This document shows positions 27,389-35,848 of a DNA stretch of 64,000 bases, in pieces (within the stretch, counting starts at the first letter, position 1; each line of letters starts with the position of its first letter). Both the position numbers and the translations under genes were made by a program. Source of the stretch: Planctomycetota bacterium (GTDB lineage Bacteria; Planctomycetota; UBA1135; UBA2386); contig OZ245006.1 of assembly GCA_965223545.1 (NCBI GenBank), positions 4,128,001 through 4,192,000 on the forward strand, given 5' to 3'. The notes under the pieces were generated by a model that saw nothing but the letters and a program-made list of their open reading frames with translations, ran no database searches and was not told the DNA's origin.

Positions 27389-29827
27389 ATGCAGAACCGC
27401 TGGTTGATCGGTGTGCTGTTCCTCGCCCTGTGTGGCGCCGTGGTGTTCGGTCTGTGGCGGGGGTTCGCCGGCGAACCCGTCGTGCCGCAAGCACCGTCGC
27501 GGGGTGGTGACAACGCGCCCGCGTCGGCGTTGCAGGGCGACGTCGAGGAGGTTGCCGGAGGCGGTGGGGTCGATGCGGCGACCGACGAGGACCGGCGCGT
27601 CGCGGCGGCGGGAGCCGCGACGCAGGCGGGGCCCACCGCGACTTTGCGTGTGCACGCCCGTTGGCCGGGGCCTGCGCCGGCGGCCGATGTGATGATCTAC
27701 TTGCGGCGCGGCGAGCGGGGCTTGCCCTACACGGCCTTCGCGCGGGCGCGCACCGACGCCGAAGGCGTGGCGGTGTTCTCCGGCGTGGTGCCCGGCAAGC
27801 TCCGCTTGGCGTCGGACCGCGGCGACCGCACGACGATCGACGTGGCGGCGGGCGAACAAGATGTCGACTTCGATCTCGAAGGCGGTGTCGCCGTGGTGGG
27901 GACCGTGCGCGATGCCGATGGCGCCGGGGTCGCTGGAGCCGAGATCTGGCTGCAGACGTCCAGCACCGGTTGGAGCGGCGGGCGCGTGGTCGCGATCAGC
28001 GCTGCGGACGGCACGTTCGAGCTCGAGCAGATCGGTCCGAGCCTGTCGATCGGTGCGCTCGCCGGTGGCTTCACGCGTTCTACGCTCGTGGATCTCGACG
28101 TCGTCGAAAAGGACCCGCCTCCCGCGCGCGTCGATCTGCAGCTCGGACCGCCCGGGGGTGGGTTGGCCGGCGTGGTGACCGATGTGGACGGAGCGCCGGT
28201 GGAAGGCGCACTGGTCGCCGCCGGCGCCAATCCACGCCACCTGGACTACCGCGGTGACCGCGTGATCGAGCAGTGGACAGTGCGTCACGCCGAGACCGAT
28301 GCCGAAGGCCGGTTCTCCATCCCCGGGCTGCCCACCGGAGCGATGCCGGTGGCGGTGCGAGCCGCGGGATTCGGGCTGTGGCGCGACGAAGTGCGCATCG
28401 AGACCGGTGGCACCACGACGATCCACCCGCGACTTGCCGCGAGCGCGACTGTCGCCGGCGTTGTGCGCGAGACCGACGGCAGCCCGATTGCCAATGCGCG
28501 CGTGCGCGTCTACGACGTCGCGCCGCGCACGCCGTTCCTCGCCGGGGGGCAAATCGACTTCGACGAGATCTTTGGCTATCGCGGAGCGGTGAGCGACGCC
28601 GAGGGCCGCTATCGCATCGACGGAGTCACACCGGGAACGGCGCACGCGTTTGCCCAGCGGCCGCGCGGTCGCGGTCGCGATGGTGTTTCCGTGGCGTACG
28701 TGCGCACCGAGCTTGCGGTCCCCGCAGGAGCCGAGATCGAGTGGGACCCGGTCATCGACAATGGTCGCTCGATCGAGGGCGTCGTGCTCTATCGCGACGG
28801 ACACCCGATGCCGGGTCTGTTCATCACTCTGGCTGACGAGCGCAGCGAGATGGAGCACGTGATCGTCAGCGATTCCAAGGGCGTGTTTCGCTTCCACTGT
28901 CTCGACGACACGAGCTACGAGGTTCGAGTGCAGCTCTGGGATCCGCCCAAAGGCGAGCCACCGCTGAGACAGGCCGGCGTCGTCCCCGATCGCGGTCGCA
29001 TCGAGTTGCGGGTTGGCTATGACAAGCCCGTCAAGGAGGAGCCGGGGCGAGTGACCGGCCGCATCGACGATGCCGGCCAGCGCATCTCCAATCCCCTGGC
29101 CGCCCGCGTCGTGATGCACTCGGACCAGCGATGGTTTCGCGAAGACGGCAAGATCGAGAATGGTGCGTTCAGCTTCGACGACGTAACGCCTTGCCGGTTC
29201 CGCCTCAGCTTGATGGAAGGCGAGCAAGCGTTGGCGTACAGCGACTGGTTCGAGCTTCCCGCCGGTGGGGTGGTCGACGCGGGCGTGCTGCGCACCGAGC
29301 CGGCCGGGGCCGTGCGGATTCTCCTGAATCGCGGAGACGGCGCCGACATGCTGGAGCCCAAGCTGTACCTCAAGGAGGTGGGATCGCCGCGCAGCACCGT
29401 GGTGGCGGTCGGTCGACGCAGCGAGTGTCTGGTCGAAAACCTGACTCCCGGCGACTACGAGGTCACGGGGTATTTCCGCGGGATGGTCCCACTGCGCGGC
29501 ACACTGACGGTCACCGTGGGAAGTGTGGCCGACGCCACCTTCGCGCTGCGGCGCGGTGCCTCGTGCACGATCGAGGTGTGGTGGCCGGAGGGCCACAGCG
29601 GCTCCACGCGACGCGGCTATCGATTCGTCGACGCGGATGGCGCCACCCTGCACGAGTTCGAGAGCGCGCTGCACACGATGCCGACGCGGCCGTACGAGCT
29701 GCGCGCGACGTTGCCACCTGGCGTCTTCCGGCTGGAGTTCTGGACCGATGACGATCTGCGCGGCGAGCTCGAGTTGACGGTGCCCGACAGCTACGAAGAG
29801 GTGAAGCAGCGGATGGACCTGCGGTAA
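27389..29827 (+). CDS. Membrane-anchored carboxypeptidase-regulatory-like repeat protein
   Basis: GGAGG RBS; N-terminal TM; multiple GxVxDxDGxPVxGA / TDAEGRF repeats. Confidence 0.8.
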   Translation: MQNRWLIGVLFLALCGAVVFGLWRGFAGEPVVPQAPSRGGDNAPASALQGDVEEVAGGGGVDAATDEDRRVAAAGAATQAGPTATLRVHARWPGPAPAADVMIYLRRGERGLPYTAFARARTDAEGVAVFSGVVPGKLRLASDRGDRTTIDVAAGEQDVDFDLEGGVAVVGTVRDADGAGVAGAEIWLQTSSTGWSGGRVVAISAADGTFELEQIGPSLSIGALAGGFTRSTLVDLDVVEKDPPPARVDLQLGPPGGGLAGVVTDVDGAPVEGALVAAGANPRHLDYRGDRVIEQWTVRHAETDAEGRFSIPGLPTGAMPVAVRAAGFGLWRDEVRIETGGTTTIHPRLAASATVAGVVRETDGSPIANARVRVYDVAPRTPFLAGGQIDFDEIFGYRGAVSDAEGRYRIDGVTPGTAHAFAQRPRGRGRDGVSVAYVRTELAVPAGAEIEWDPVIDNGRSIEGVVLYRDGHPMPGLFITLADERSEMEHVIVSDSKGVFRFHCLDDTSYEVRVQLWDPPKGEPPLRQAGVVPDRGRIELRVGYDKPVKEEPGRVTGRIDDAGQRISNPLAARVVMHSDQRWFREDGKIENGAFSFDDVTPCRFRLSLMEGEQALAYSDWFELPAGGVVDAGVLRTEPAGAVRILLNRGDGADMLEPKLYLKEVGSPRSTVVAVGRRSECLVENLTPGDYEVTGYFRGMVPLRGTLTVTVGSVADATFALRRGASCTIEVWWPEGHSGSTRRGYRFVDADGATLHEFESALHTMPTRPYELRATLPPGVFRLEFWTDDDLRGELELTVPDSYEEVKQRMDLR

Positions 29828-29843
29828 CCCCGTCGCGGCGCGT

Positions 29844-30842
29844 TCAGCCCGCCGTCAGCAGGCCGTGCTCGATGAGCACGTCGCGGACGATCGGCTGCAA
29901 GAGGGCGGCCAGGCCCGCGTTGGCGTATCCCGCGAAGGCGACGTTGGTCGTCGTGTCGAGCGGCGCGTCGAGCGCGCCGCCGTCGGGCGCGGTGACGACG
30001 CAACCCGCCTCGGTCGCGATCAGCGCGGTGCAGAGATCGTACGGGCGGCTGCAGAGGGACGATGGGACGCCGAGCGCGCGGTGCACGAGCGGGCGGACGT
30101 CGAGGACGAATCGGTCGCGGCCCAGGGCCAGCTCGGCGAGCTGGCCGCCCGAAGAGATGTACTGGTCGGTGTAGATCTCGGCCTTGTCCGGGTTCCAGCC
30201 GCCGTGTGCGCGGCGCAAGATCTCCTCCTCGACGCGGGCGGTGAGCTCCTTGCCTCCCTGAAAGAAGTTGGCGACCGAGGCGAACCCGTGCGCCAGGTCG
30301 GTGCGCGCGGTCGGCACCACCGGCAGCGCCGCGCGATCGCCATCGGCAAACCATTCGCGCCAACCCTGTGCACCGCCGCCCCGTTTGGCCCACAGCACGT
30401 CGCCACACGCGGCGCGCGACGTCGGCAGCTCGGTCATCACCGCGCACTGCAGGTCGGAAAGCCGGGTCTCGGCCCCGCGCTCTGGCGCGACCGCGGCCAA
30501 GCACCACGCCGACCGCTTATCGTACATCAACCCGCGCGTGCCATCGATCGGATCGAAGATCACCCGCAGCTCCGGCCCCGAGGCCCCGGGCCTGCCGAAC
30601 AATCGCCCGCCCTCGGGCTCGATTCCCTCGGCCACCAGCACGAAGCACTGCTGCTTGCCCCAAGCCTCGCACCGCGGCAACAAGACCTCCTCCGCCACCA
30701 CGTCGATGCCGAAGATCGTGTCGCCAAGATCGTCCCGCGCACTCCGGCTCAGCTGCGCCGCGCTCTGCGCGACCAGACTCGCGCGCAGCGCCTCGCGCAC
30801 GGCGCGCTGGATCTCGATCAACCGCGGAATCGCATCCCGCAT
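29844..30842 (-). CDS. Inositol monophosphatase / FIG superfamily protein
   Basis: DTIFGID, LVAEG, FDPIDGTRGL, PYD motifs. Confidence 0.8.
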   Translation of the reverse strand: MRDAIPRLIEIQRAVREALRASLVAQSAAQLSRSARDDLGDTIFGIDVVAEEVLLPRCEAWGKQQCFVLVAEGIEPEGGRLFGRPGASGPELRVIFDPIDGTRGLMYDKRSAWCLAAVAPERGAETRLSDLQCAVMTELPTSRAACGDVLWAKRGGGAQGWREWFADGDRAALPVVPTARTDLAHGFASVANFFQGGKELTARVEEEILRRAHGGWNPDKAEIYTDQYISSGGQLAELALGRDRFVLDVRPLVHRALGVPSSLCSRPYDLCTALIATEAGCVVTAPDGGALDAPLDTTTNVAFAGYANAGLAALLQPIVRDVLIEHGLLTAG

Positions 30843-30848
30843 GAGACC

Positions 30849-30857
30849 TGGTATGCT
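30849..30857 (+). promoter_or_regulatory. Extended -10 promoter of the tRNA
   Basis: TG-G-TATGCT ending 9 nt before the tRNA 5' end. Confidence 0.55.
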
Positions 30858-30866
30858 CGCCGCAAA

Positions 30867-30939
30867 GGGTCCTTAGCTCAACGGTTAGAGCAGCCGGCTC
30901 ATAACCGGTAGGTTGTGGGTTCGAATCCCGCAGGGCCCA
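30867..30939 (+). tRNA. tRNA with CAT anticodon, probably tRNA-Ile2 (lysidine); CCA not encoded
   Basis: Acceptor GGGTCCT/AGGGCCC+A, D arm AGCTCAACGGTTAGAGC, anticodon arm GCCGG-CTCATAA-CCGGT, T loop GGTTCGAATCC. Lacks initiator features and resembles Ile2 sequences. Confidence 0.93.
30920..30939 (+). repeat. attL core (in tRNA 3' end)
   Basis: TTCGAATCCCGCAGGGCCCA, identical to 45582-45601. Confidence 0.95.
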
Positions 30940-31008
30940 TGTCCGCGGAGGGGTGTGGACGGGAGCGAGAGCGCGTCTCGCATTGGTTCTCGAAAGCGGG
31001 GGTGGGGC

Positions 31009-31030
31009 GTGTGCACTCTGGTGTGCACTC
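31009..31030 (+). repeat. Tandem GTGTGCACTC pair, putative integrase arm-type sites (left)
   Basis: GTGTGCACTC at 31009 and 31021; the same 12-bp-spaced pair occurs at 45409/45421. Confidence 0.75.
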
Positions 31031-31205
31031 TGGTGCCCCGGAGGCGCAGGTGGCGGCCGCCACCATGGCCCTTAAATGCCGCCGCCCCCACAGCCGGCAA
31101 GCACGCAGGGGCGAACAGGTTTACGGACGCCGCGCCGAAGCGCGACGTTCGGCAGCGTAGGGCGGCCGGCAGCCCGACGCAAGCGCTGACCAACAGGGGC
31201 TCGCG

Positions 31206-32573
31206 ATGAGCGCCGCCCCCAAACTTGCGACGGCCGCGCATCGCCGCCGTGTGCAGTGGGTTCCGTTGCCTCTCGGAGATCGGCACCCGGCAGCAGAATT
31301 GCTCGCGCTTGTGCGTGCCGACGTACCCGTGCCGGCGTCGCCGTCTGCGGTGGCCCATCGGCTCGGTTGCTCAGCGCGCACCGTGCGCCGTGGCATTCTG
31401 GCGGCGATGGACGACCGACTCCTCGAGGAGCACGGTGGCGTGCTCGTTCCGGGTGCGGAGTGGTCGCGCTGGTGGCACGGACGCGCGTGGGCGCCGCTGC
31501 CCATGCAGATGCTCCGGGAGGGCACCGCGGCCACTCGCCGAGCTGCAGCCGCCCTCCTGGGCGAGGCTCAGCGCGATCGTCGGGGGGTGCCTACGATCGA
31601 CGAGCTCGCGGCACGCGTCGGGGGCGGTCGCCACACGATCTACGCGGGGCTCGACCTGCTGGTGGAAGCGGGGCTGGCGGAGCCGGTCCGCTGCCATCGC
31701 CGAGGGGTTCGACTGACCCGGTTCCGGGTCACGAGTGATCTCCGGTGGTCCACTGCGCTCGCCCCTGAGCGGGCGGCAGAGCTTGGCCAACTGGCCGCCC
31801 GCCGATCGTCGGATGCCTCCCGACTGCGGGACTCTCGGGGCCGATTTGCCGCTACCGGACATGGACAAACCAGCACTCCGGGACGTGGACAAACGAGCAC
31901 GCCCCCACTACAGACTTCCAAGGAAGTACAGCCCCCACAGGCTCGCCCGCGGCTCGCAGCCGGTGGCGAGCAATCTTCTCGAAAGGGATTCAGTGGTCTG
32001 ATCGCCGTCCCCGAGGTCGTCGGTCCCGAGGCCGTCGCCGCCGCTCTCGAGCGCGTGCGCCCAGAGGGGCGGGTGTCGATCCTGGAACCCTCGCGGCCCG
32101 GTCGCCGACCGCCGCCGAAGCGCGATGCCCCGACGATCTCGGCCGCCGAACTGCGGGACGGTCTTCGCCGATCGGGCGTGCTCGAGCGGCTCGTGGCAAA
32201 GGTCCAAACTACGACCGACCCTGCAGGCACGTGCCGTGAGCTGCTGGGGCTAGCACTGGTTTTCACGGCGGGCAGTGCTAGTCGATCGGCAAGGAAGCGA
32301 AGCGAACTCGCTCGGGGGCTTGTCGCATACCGAGGCCCAAACGCGCCCGTTGAGCTGTTGGTGCTGATCTTGCACTTGGCCGCAGCATCCCCATGGAACA
32401 TCGGCGGCGCGCTTCGAGCCAAGAGGCTGCCCCGACTGATCAGCGGAGGGCTCGACCTGGCGCTTCTCGAGGACGAGGCGCCGTCGCTCGATGGTGCGTG
32501 CGCTCGGTTGCTGGCGGCTTGGGAGCGGGATGGACGGAAAGGTGCGCAGGTACGAGCAGGAGTGAGCAGATGA
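31206..32573 (+). CDS. Putative replication initiator (two HTH/wHTH motifs)
   Basis: SPSAVAHRLGCSARTVRR and PTIDELAARVGGGRHTIYAGLDLLVEAGL; internal GQTSTP repeat; ATGA-coupled to the next gene. Confidence 0.6.
   Translation: MSAAPKLATAAHRRRVQWVPLPLGDRHPAAELLALVRADVPVPASPSAVAHRLGCSARTVRRGILAAMDDRLLEEHGGVLVPGAEWSRWWHGRAWAPLPMQMLREGTAATRRAAAALLGEAQRDRRGVPTIDELAARVGGGRHTIYAGLDLLVEAGLAEPVRCHRRGVRLTRFRVTSDLRWSTALAPERAAELGQLAARRSSDASRLRDSRGRFAATGHGQTSTPGRGQTSTPPLQTSKEVQPPQARPRLAAGGEQSSRKGFSGLIAVPEVVGPEAVAAALERVRPEGRVSILEPSRPGRRPPPKRDAPTISAAELRDGLRRSGVLERLVAKVQTTTDPAGTCRELLGLALVFTAGSASRSARKRSELARGLVAYRGPNAPVELLVLILHLAAASPWNIGGALRAKRLPRLISGGLDLALLEDEAPSLDGACARLLAAWERDGRKGAQVRAGVSR
31857..31904 (+). 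repeat. 24-bp tandem repeat inside the rep-like gene (iteron-like)
   Basis: GGACATGGACAAACCAGCACTCCG / GGACGTGGACAAACGAGCACGCCC, 20/24 identical. Confidence 0.7.
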
Positions 32574-33520
32574 CGACCAATGACGACAACCGAACGTTGA
32601 CCGACGAAGAAGTGCAGGAACTCCGACAACTGAAGGAACTCCTGCCTGAGCAGACGTACGGAGGCTACACAGCTCATCCGGCAGCAGAGCTGTTCCCTGG
32701 ACTTCCAGGTGACGAGCTAGGGGAGCTGGCGCAGGACATCGCGAAGAACGGGCAGAGGTTCCCGATCTTCTTGTGGCGCGGGCAGGTCTTGGATGGCCGG
32801 AGTCGGCTTTCAGCGTGCGCGCAAGTTGGGGTGGAGCCGTGGACGGAGGATGTCACCGAGCAAGTCGCGGACCCGTTCGAGTTCTCGGTTTCGGCCAACC
32901 TTCACCGCCGGCACCTGACGATTGGCCAGCGGGCCGTGATCGCCCAAGTTCTGGAACAGCGCTACAAGGAGCAAGCTGCGTCCGCCAGCACTCGGGGGGC
33001 GTTGGGTGGAAGGGGTCGCAAGAAAGCTGTTGTCAAATCTGACAACAGCTTTCCTGGCGAGGCGAGTAGCGCGAGCAATGGGCCTGCGAACCATTCCCGG
33101 GCCAGAGCGGCAAGACGCATGCGCATCAGTGAGGGGGCAGTTGCTCAGGTCAACATGATCAAGGAGGGTGCGCCGGATCTTCTTCCCGAGGTCGCATCAG
33201 GAGGGCGCTCCATCAACTCCGCCTTGACCGAGATGAGAGCTCGCGAGCCACAAGGCCAACCGAAACGGAGTGCCAAGCGTCGCGCTGAGCATCGCAAGAA
33301 GGCCGCCCCCGCGACCACCGGCGTCGTCGCTGATGAGGTGATGCTCAAGGTGATCGATCGCTTTCGCGAGTCGGCTGAGTCACCCGGTACGAAGCTGCAG
33401 GCCGCTGAGGAGTTCTTGCGCTTCCTGCGCAAGTCGGCGGAGTTGGATCCCGCCGTCGTGGCGCTCCTCGATGTTGCGTTGCCGCTGCTGGCGCGCGCTG
33501 GTGCTGAGACCAGCGCGTGA
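32570..33520 (+). CDS. Phage-type ParB/Srx N-terminal domain protein with HTH
   Basis: HPAAELFP...ELAQDIAKNGQRFPI...VLDGRSRLSAC...SANLHRRHLTIGQRA; ATG 32570 overlaps the rep stop. Confidence 0.8.
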   Translation: MTTNDDNRTLTDEEVQELRQLKELLPEQTYGGYTAHPAAELFPGLPGDELGELAQDIAKNGQRFPIFLWRGQVLDGRSRLSACAQVGVEPWTEDVTEQVADPFEFSVSANLHRRHLTIGQRAVIAQVLEQRYKEQAASASTRGALGGRGRKKAVVKSDNSFPGEASSASNGPANHSRARAARRMRISEGAVAQVNMIKEGAPDLLPEVASGGRSINSALTEMRAREPQGQPKRSAKRRAEHRKKAAPATTGVVADEVMLKVIDRFRESAESPGTKLQAAEEFLRFLRKSAELDPAVVALLDVALPLLARAGAETSA

Positions 33521-33695
33521 CCCGCGCCCGGTTTCATCGGGGGGAAACGGAGCCCAATGTGGGTGTTCCTGTAGCCCGCTTTGACGGTGAGAAGCGGTCG
33601 GGTTTGCTGACGGAGGATTCTCTGGGTGCGTGGATGGGCCGCAACACCAGTCGTCAATTCAGGTTATGCCTCCTGAAACGACAAACGTTGCGATT

Positions 33696-33738
33696 TTGAG
33701 GATCCTCACTTGAAGTTGAGGATCCTCACTCATAACCT
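33696..33738 (+). promoter_or_regulatory. Two palindromic operators overlapping a sigma70-type promoter
   Basis: TGAGGATCCTCA at 33697-33708 and 33717-33728; TTGAAG(33710-15)-N17-TAACCT(33733-38). Confidence 0.75.
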
Positions 33739-33746
33739 GCTTGGAG

Positions 33747-34229
33747 ATGGCACGAACGAACTTCTACATCAAGGACGAGGTCCGCGAGCGCATGCGGGAG
33801 GCGAGTCACGTGAACTGGTCACGGGTGGCCTCCGCAGCGATCGAAGCCAAGCTCGCGGAGCTGAACCGCGAGAAAGAGATAGCTATGACCGATCAGCAAG
33901 TCGTCGACCGCATCCGGGCGAGCAAGAACATGCAAGAAGACACCGACCAGAAGGAAGGATTCGACGCGGGCGTCCAGTGGGCAAAGCTGGCGGCCGAGTG
34001 GCGGCACTTCGAGCGCCTCAGCAAGATCAACTCTGCCGACTCGCCTGATGACTACCCAGGTGACTGGCTGTGGGAGACCGTCATCGGCCCGGACGAGGGC
34101 AGCCGACCTCGTCGCGACGACGTGGAGGCGCTGTTCGGCGAGGGGATCGCGGATCCGTCGCACTCGTTCGTGGAGGGCTTCATCGAGGGCGCCCTGACCG
34201 TCTTCGAGAACGTCAAGGAGCAGCTCTAA
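33747..34229 (+). CDS. Ribbon-helix-helix (CcdA/CopG-like) N-terminus plus unknown acidic domain
   Basis: MARTNFYIKDEVRERM...VNWSRVASAAIEAKL is a beta-helix-helix pattern. Confidence 0.75.
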   Translation: MARTNFYIKDEVRERMREASHVNWSRVASAAIEAKLAELNREKEIAMTDQQVVDRIRASKNMQEDTDQKEGFDAGVQWAKLAAEWRHFERLSKINSADSPDDYPGDWLWETVIGPDEGSRPRRDDVEALFGEGIADPSHSFVEGFIEGALTVFENVKEQL

Positions 34230-34235
34230 GCCGTG

Positions 34236-34595
34236 ATGATCGATCAGCAAGTCCTCGACCGCCTTCGGGAGAGTAAGAGCATGCAAGAAGACCTCGACCT
34301 GCACGCCGGGTTCCACTCTGGCGTCGACTGGGCCAAGCAAACGGCCGAGTGGGTGCATCTAGAGCGCCTTAGCAAGATTTGCCCAACCGACCTGCCCGGC
34401 GATGGCGCCGGAGATTGGCTTTGGAGCGAGATCATGGCGCCAGGAGAGAGTCGGAGTGGCAGTGTTCCCCGCGAGGAACTTGATGCGTGCTACGGCCTTT
34501 CCGAGAACGCTCACGATGCTTCGCATTTGTTCTTGGCCGGATTCATCGAAGGCGCCGAGGCCGTCTTTGCGAACGTCAAGGAGCAGATCATTTAG
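34236..34595 (+). CDS. Stand-alone paralog of the C-terminal domain of the upstream gene
   Basis: MIDQQVLDRLRESKSMQED...ERLSKI...GDWLW...GFIEGA..VFANVKEQ aligns with MTDQQVVDRIRASKNMQED...ERLSKI...GDWLW...GFIEGA..VFENVKEQ. Confidence 0.8.
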   Translation: MIDQQVLDRLRESKSMQEDLDLHAGFHSGVDWAKQTAEWVHLERLSKICPTDLPGDGAGDWLWSEIMAPGESRSGSVPREELDACYGLSENAHDASHLFLAGFIEGAEAVFANVKEQII

Positions 34596-34720
34596 GGCTC
34601 CCGGGAGCGAGGTTGGGGCCGCCGACACGCGGTCCCCTGCTGTGAGGATGTGGTAGCTCATCGCTACGGACTGCGATGAACTCTCGCGGCAGCTTGTTCT
34701 GACTCAGCTCTCGGCATGCC

Positions 34721-34758
34721 GGGGCCGCGCACACGTGCAGGGTGCGCGGCCCCTTTTT
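34721..34758 (+). terminator. Intrinsic terminator
   Basis: Perfect 12-bp stem GGGGCCGCGCAC/GTGCGCGGCCCC, 9-nt loop, TTTTT. Confidence 0.85.
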
Positions 34759-34790
34759 GGTTCCGACGCCGGCTCCTACAGCGACGACGG

Positions 34791-35429
34791 CTACTGAGCG
34801 GCAAGCGCATCTACAAGTTTCGCGGCGGCCAGCACGTTCGCTGCGAACATGCCGCCGAGAGCCCCGGCCAGCCTTGCTGCAGACGCTCGTGCTGCCTTGC
34901 GCTCGTTCTCGAGGCCTTCGATGTAGTCACGGAGGCTCCAATGGATCTCAAACCCTGGAACTTCGCGAACGGGGTCCAGCAGGAACCAGCTCTTTGCAAG
35001 GACGATAAAGCGGTCGGCCTGGATCCCCCCAGGTCCGCCCGACATGTACAGAACCCGGAGCCCATCGACTCCTGAACCCGGGATGGGCCGGCTAGAGGCA
35101 CGCTCGTCGCCGGGACGTCGGTCGACGAACTGGACGCACTGACTCTTCACCAGCCAGGTGATCTGCTTGTAGCGCGCAGAAAAGCCCTCAGCGGCCGCGT
35201 AGCTGTGCAGTGCACCAGACAGGCCCAGTAGTAGCTGGACCCCGATCTGAATGTTGAGGGTCCATTCCGCAACGGTTGGCCAGCTCGCTGCCTTGGTGCT
35301 CACCAAGATCGTTCCGAGCAAGGTGACGGTGCCACCCGCGAAGAGAGCCCAACTCAGCACCCGTACTAAGGTGCTCAGCCTTGGTGGGCGCTTTGCTTGC
35401 TCGCTCAACCCGCTGCTCATGTCGCTCAT
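34791..35429 (-). CDS. Hypothetical membrane protein (accessory cargo; the only antisense gene in the element)
   Basis: 212-aa ORF with two N-terminal hydrophobic helices and a hydrophobic C-terminus; lower-GC codons. Confidence 0.55.
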   Translation of the reverse strand: MSDMSSGLSEQAKRPPRLSTLVRVLSWALFAGGTVTLLGTILVSTKAASWPTVAEWTLNIQIGVQLLLGLSGALHSYAAAEGFSARYKQITWLVKSQCVQFVDRRPGDERASSRPIPGSGVDGLRVLYMSGGPGGIQADRFIVLAKSWFLLDPVREVPGFEIHWSLRDYIEGLENERKAARASAARLAGALGGMFAANVLAAAKLVDALAAQ

Positions 35430-35848
35430 TGGTTGCCTACGCTAACGTCTCGGGGGTGGCTTGACCCACACCCTACCGGTCCACGAAAGCTCTGGCGCTC
35501 TCAGGCGAGCCAAGAGCGAACCGAGCGACTTCGTGGACTGATCGACGAGCCAAGGGAAGGCGACCCAAGCAGCGACTGGCTCAGCGGTCTGGTCGCCGCC
35601 ATCCCGCAGCTCGAGCGCGTGATCGATGAGGACTCACCGATCGAGGTGGCGTTCTTCGAGTTTGTGATCGCGGGCTTTCTAAGCGGTGCAGTGCCCGAGG
35701 CGATGGAGTGCGAGGAGTGAGCCGGTCCCGGTCGAAGACGATTGTTGTTGGCAATCTCGCGGCAAAGTCTCGTCAATAACTCTTATAGTCGGCTTTTTCG
35801 GGGTCGCGGGGTCTACAACTCGCTTGTTGGTTGTGGCATATCAGACGC

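Noticed and set aside
30867..30939. Initiator tRNA-fMet
   Set aside because: Has a paired G1-C72 and lacks the three consecutive G-C anticodon-stem pairs. Elongator Met is not fully excluded.
30913..31209. 98-aa ORF spanning the tRNA end and left arm repeats
   Set aside because: Starts inside the tRNA, overlaps att sites, and has low-complexity composition.
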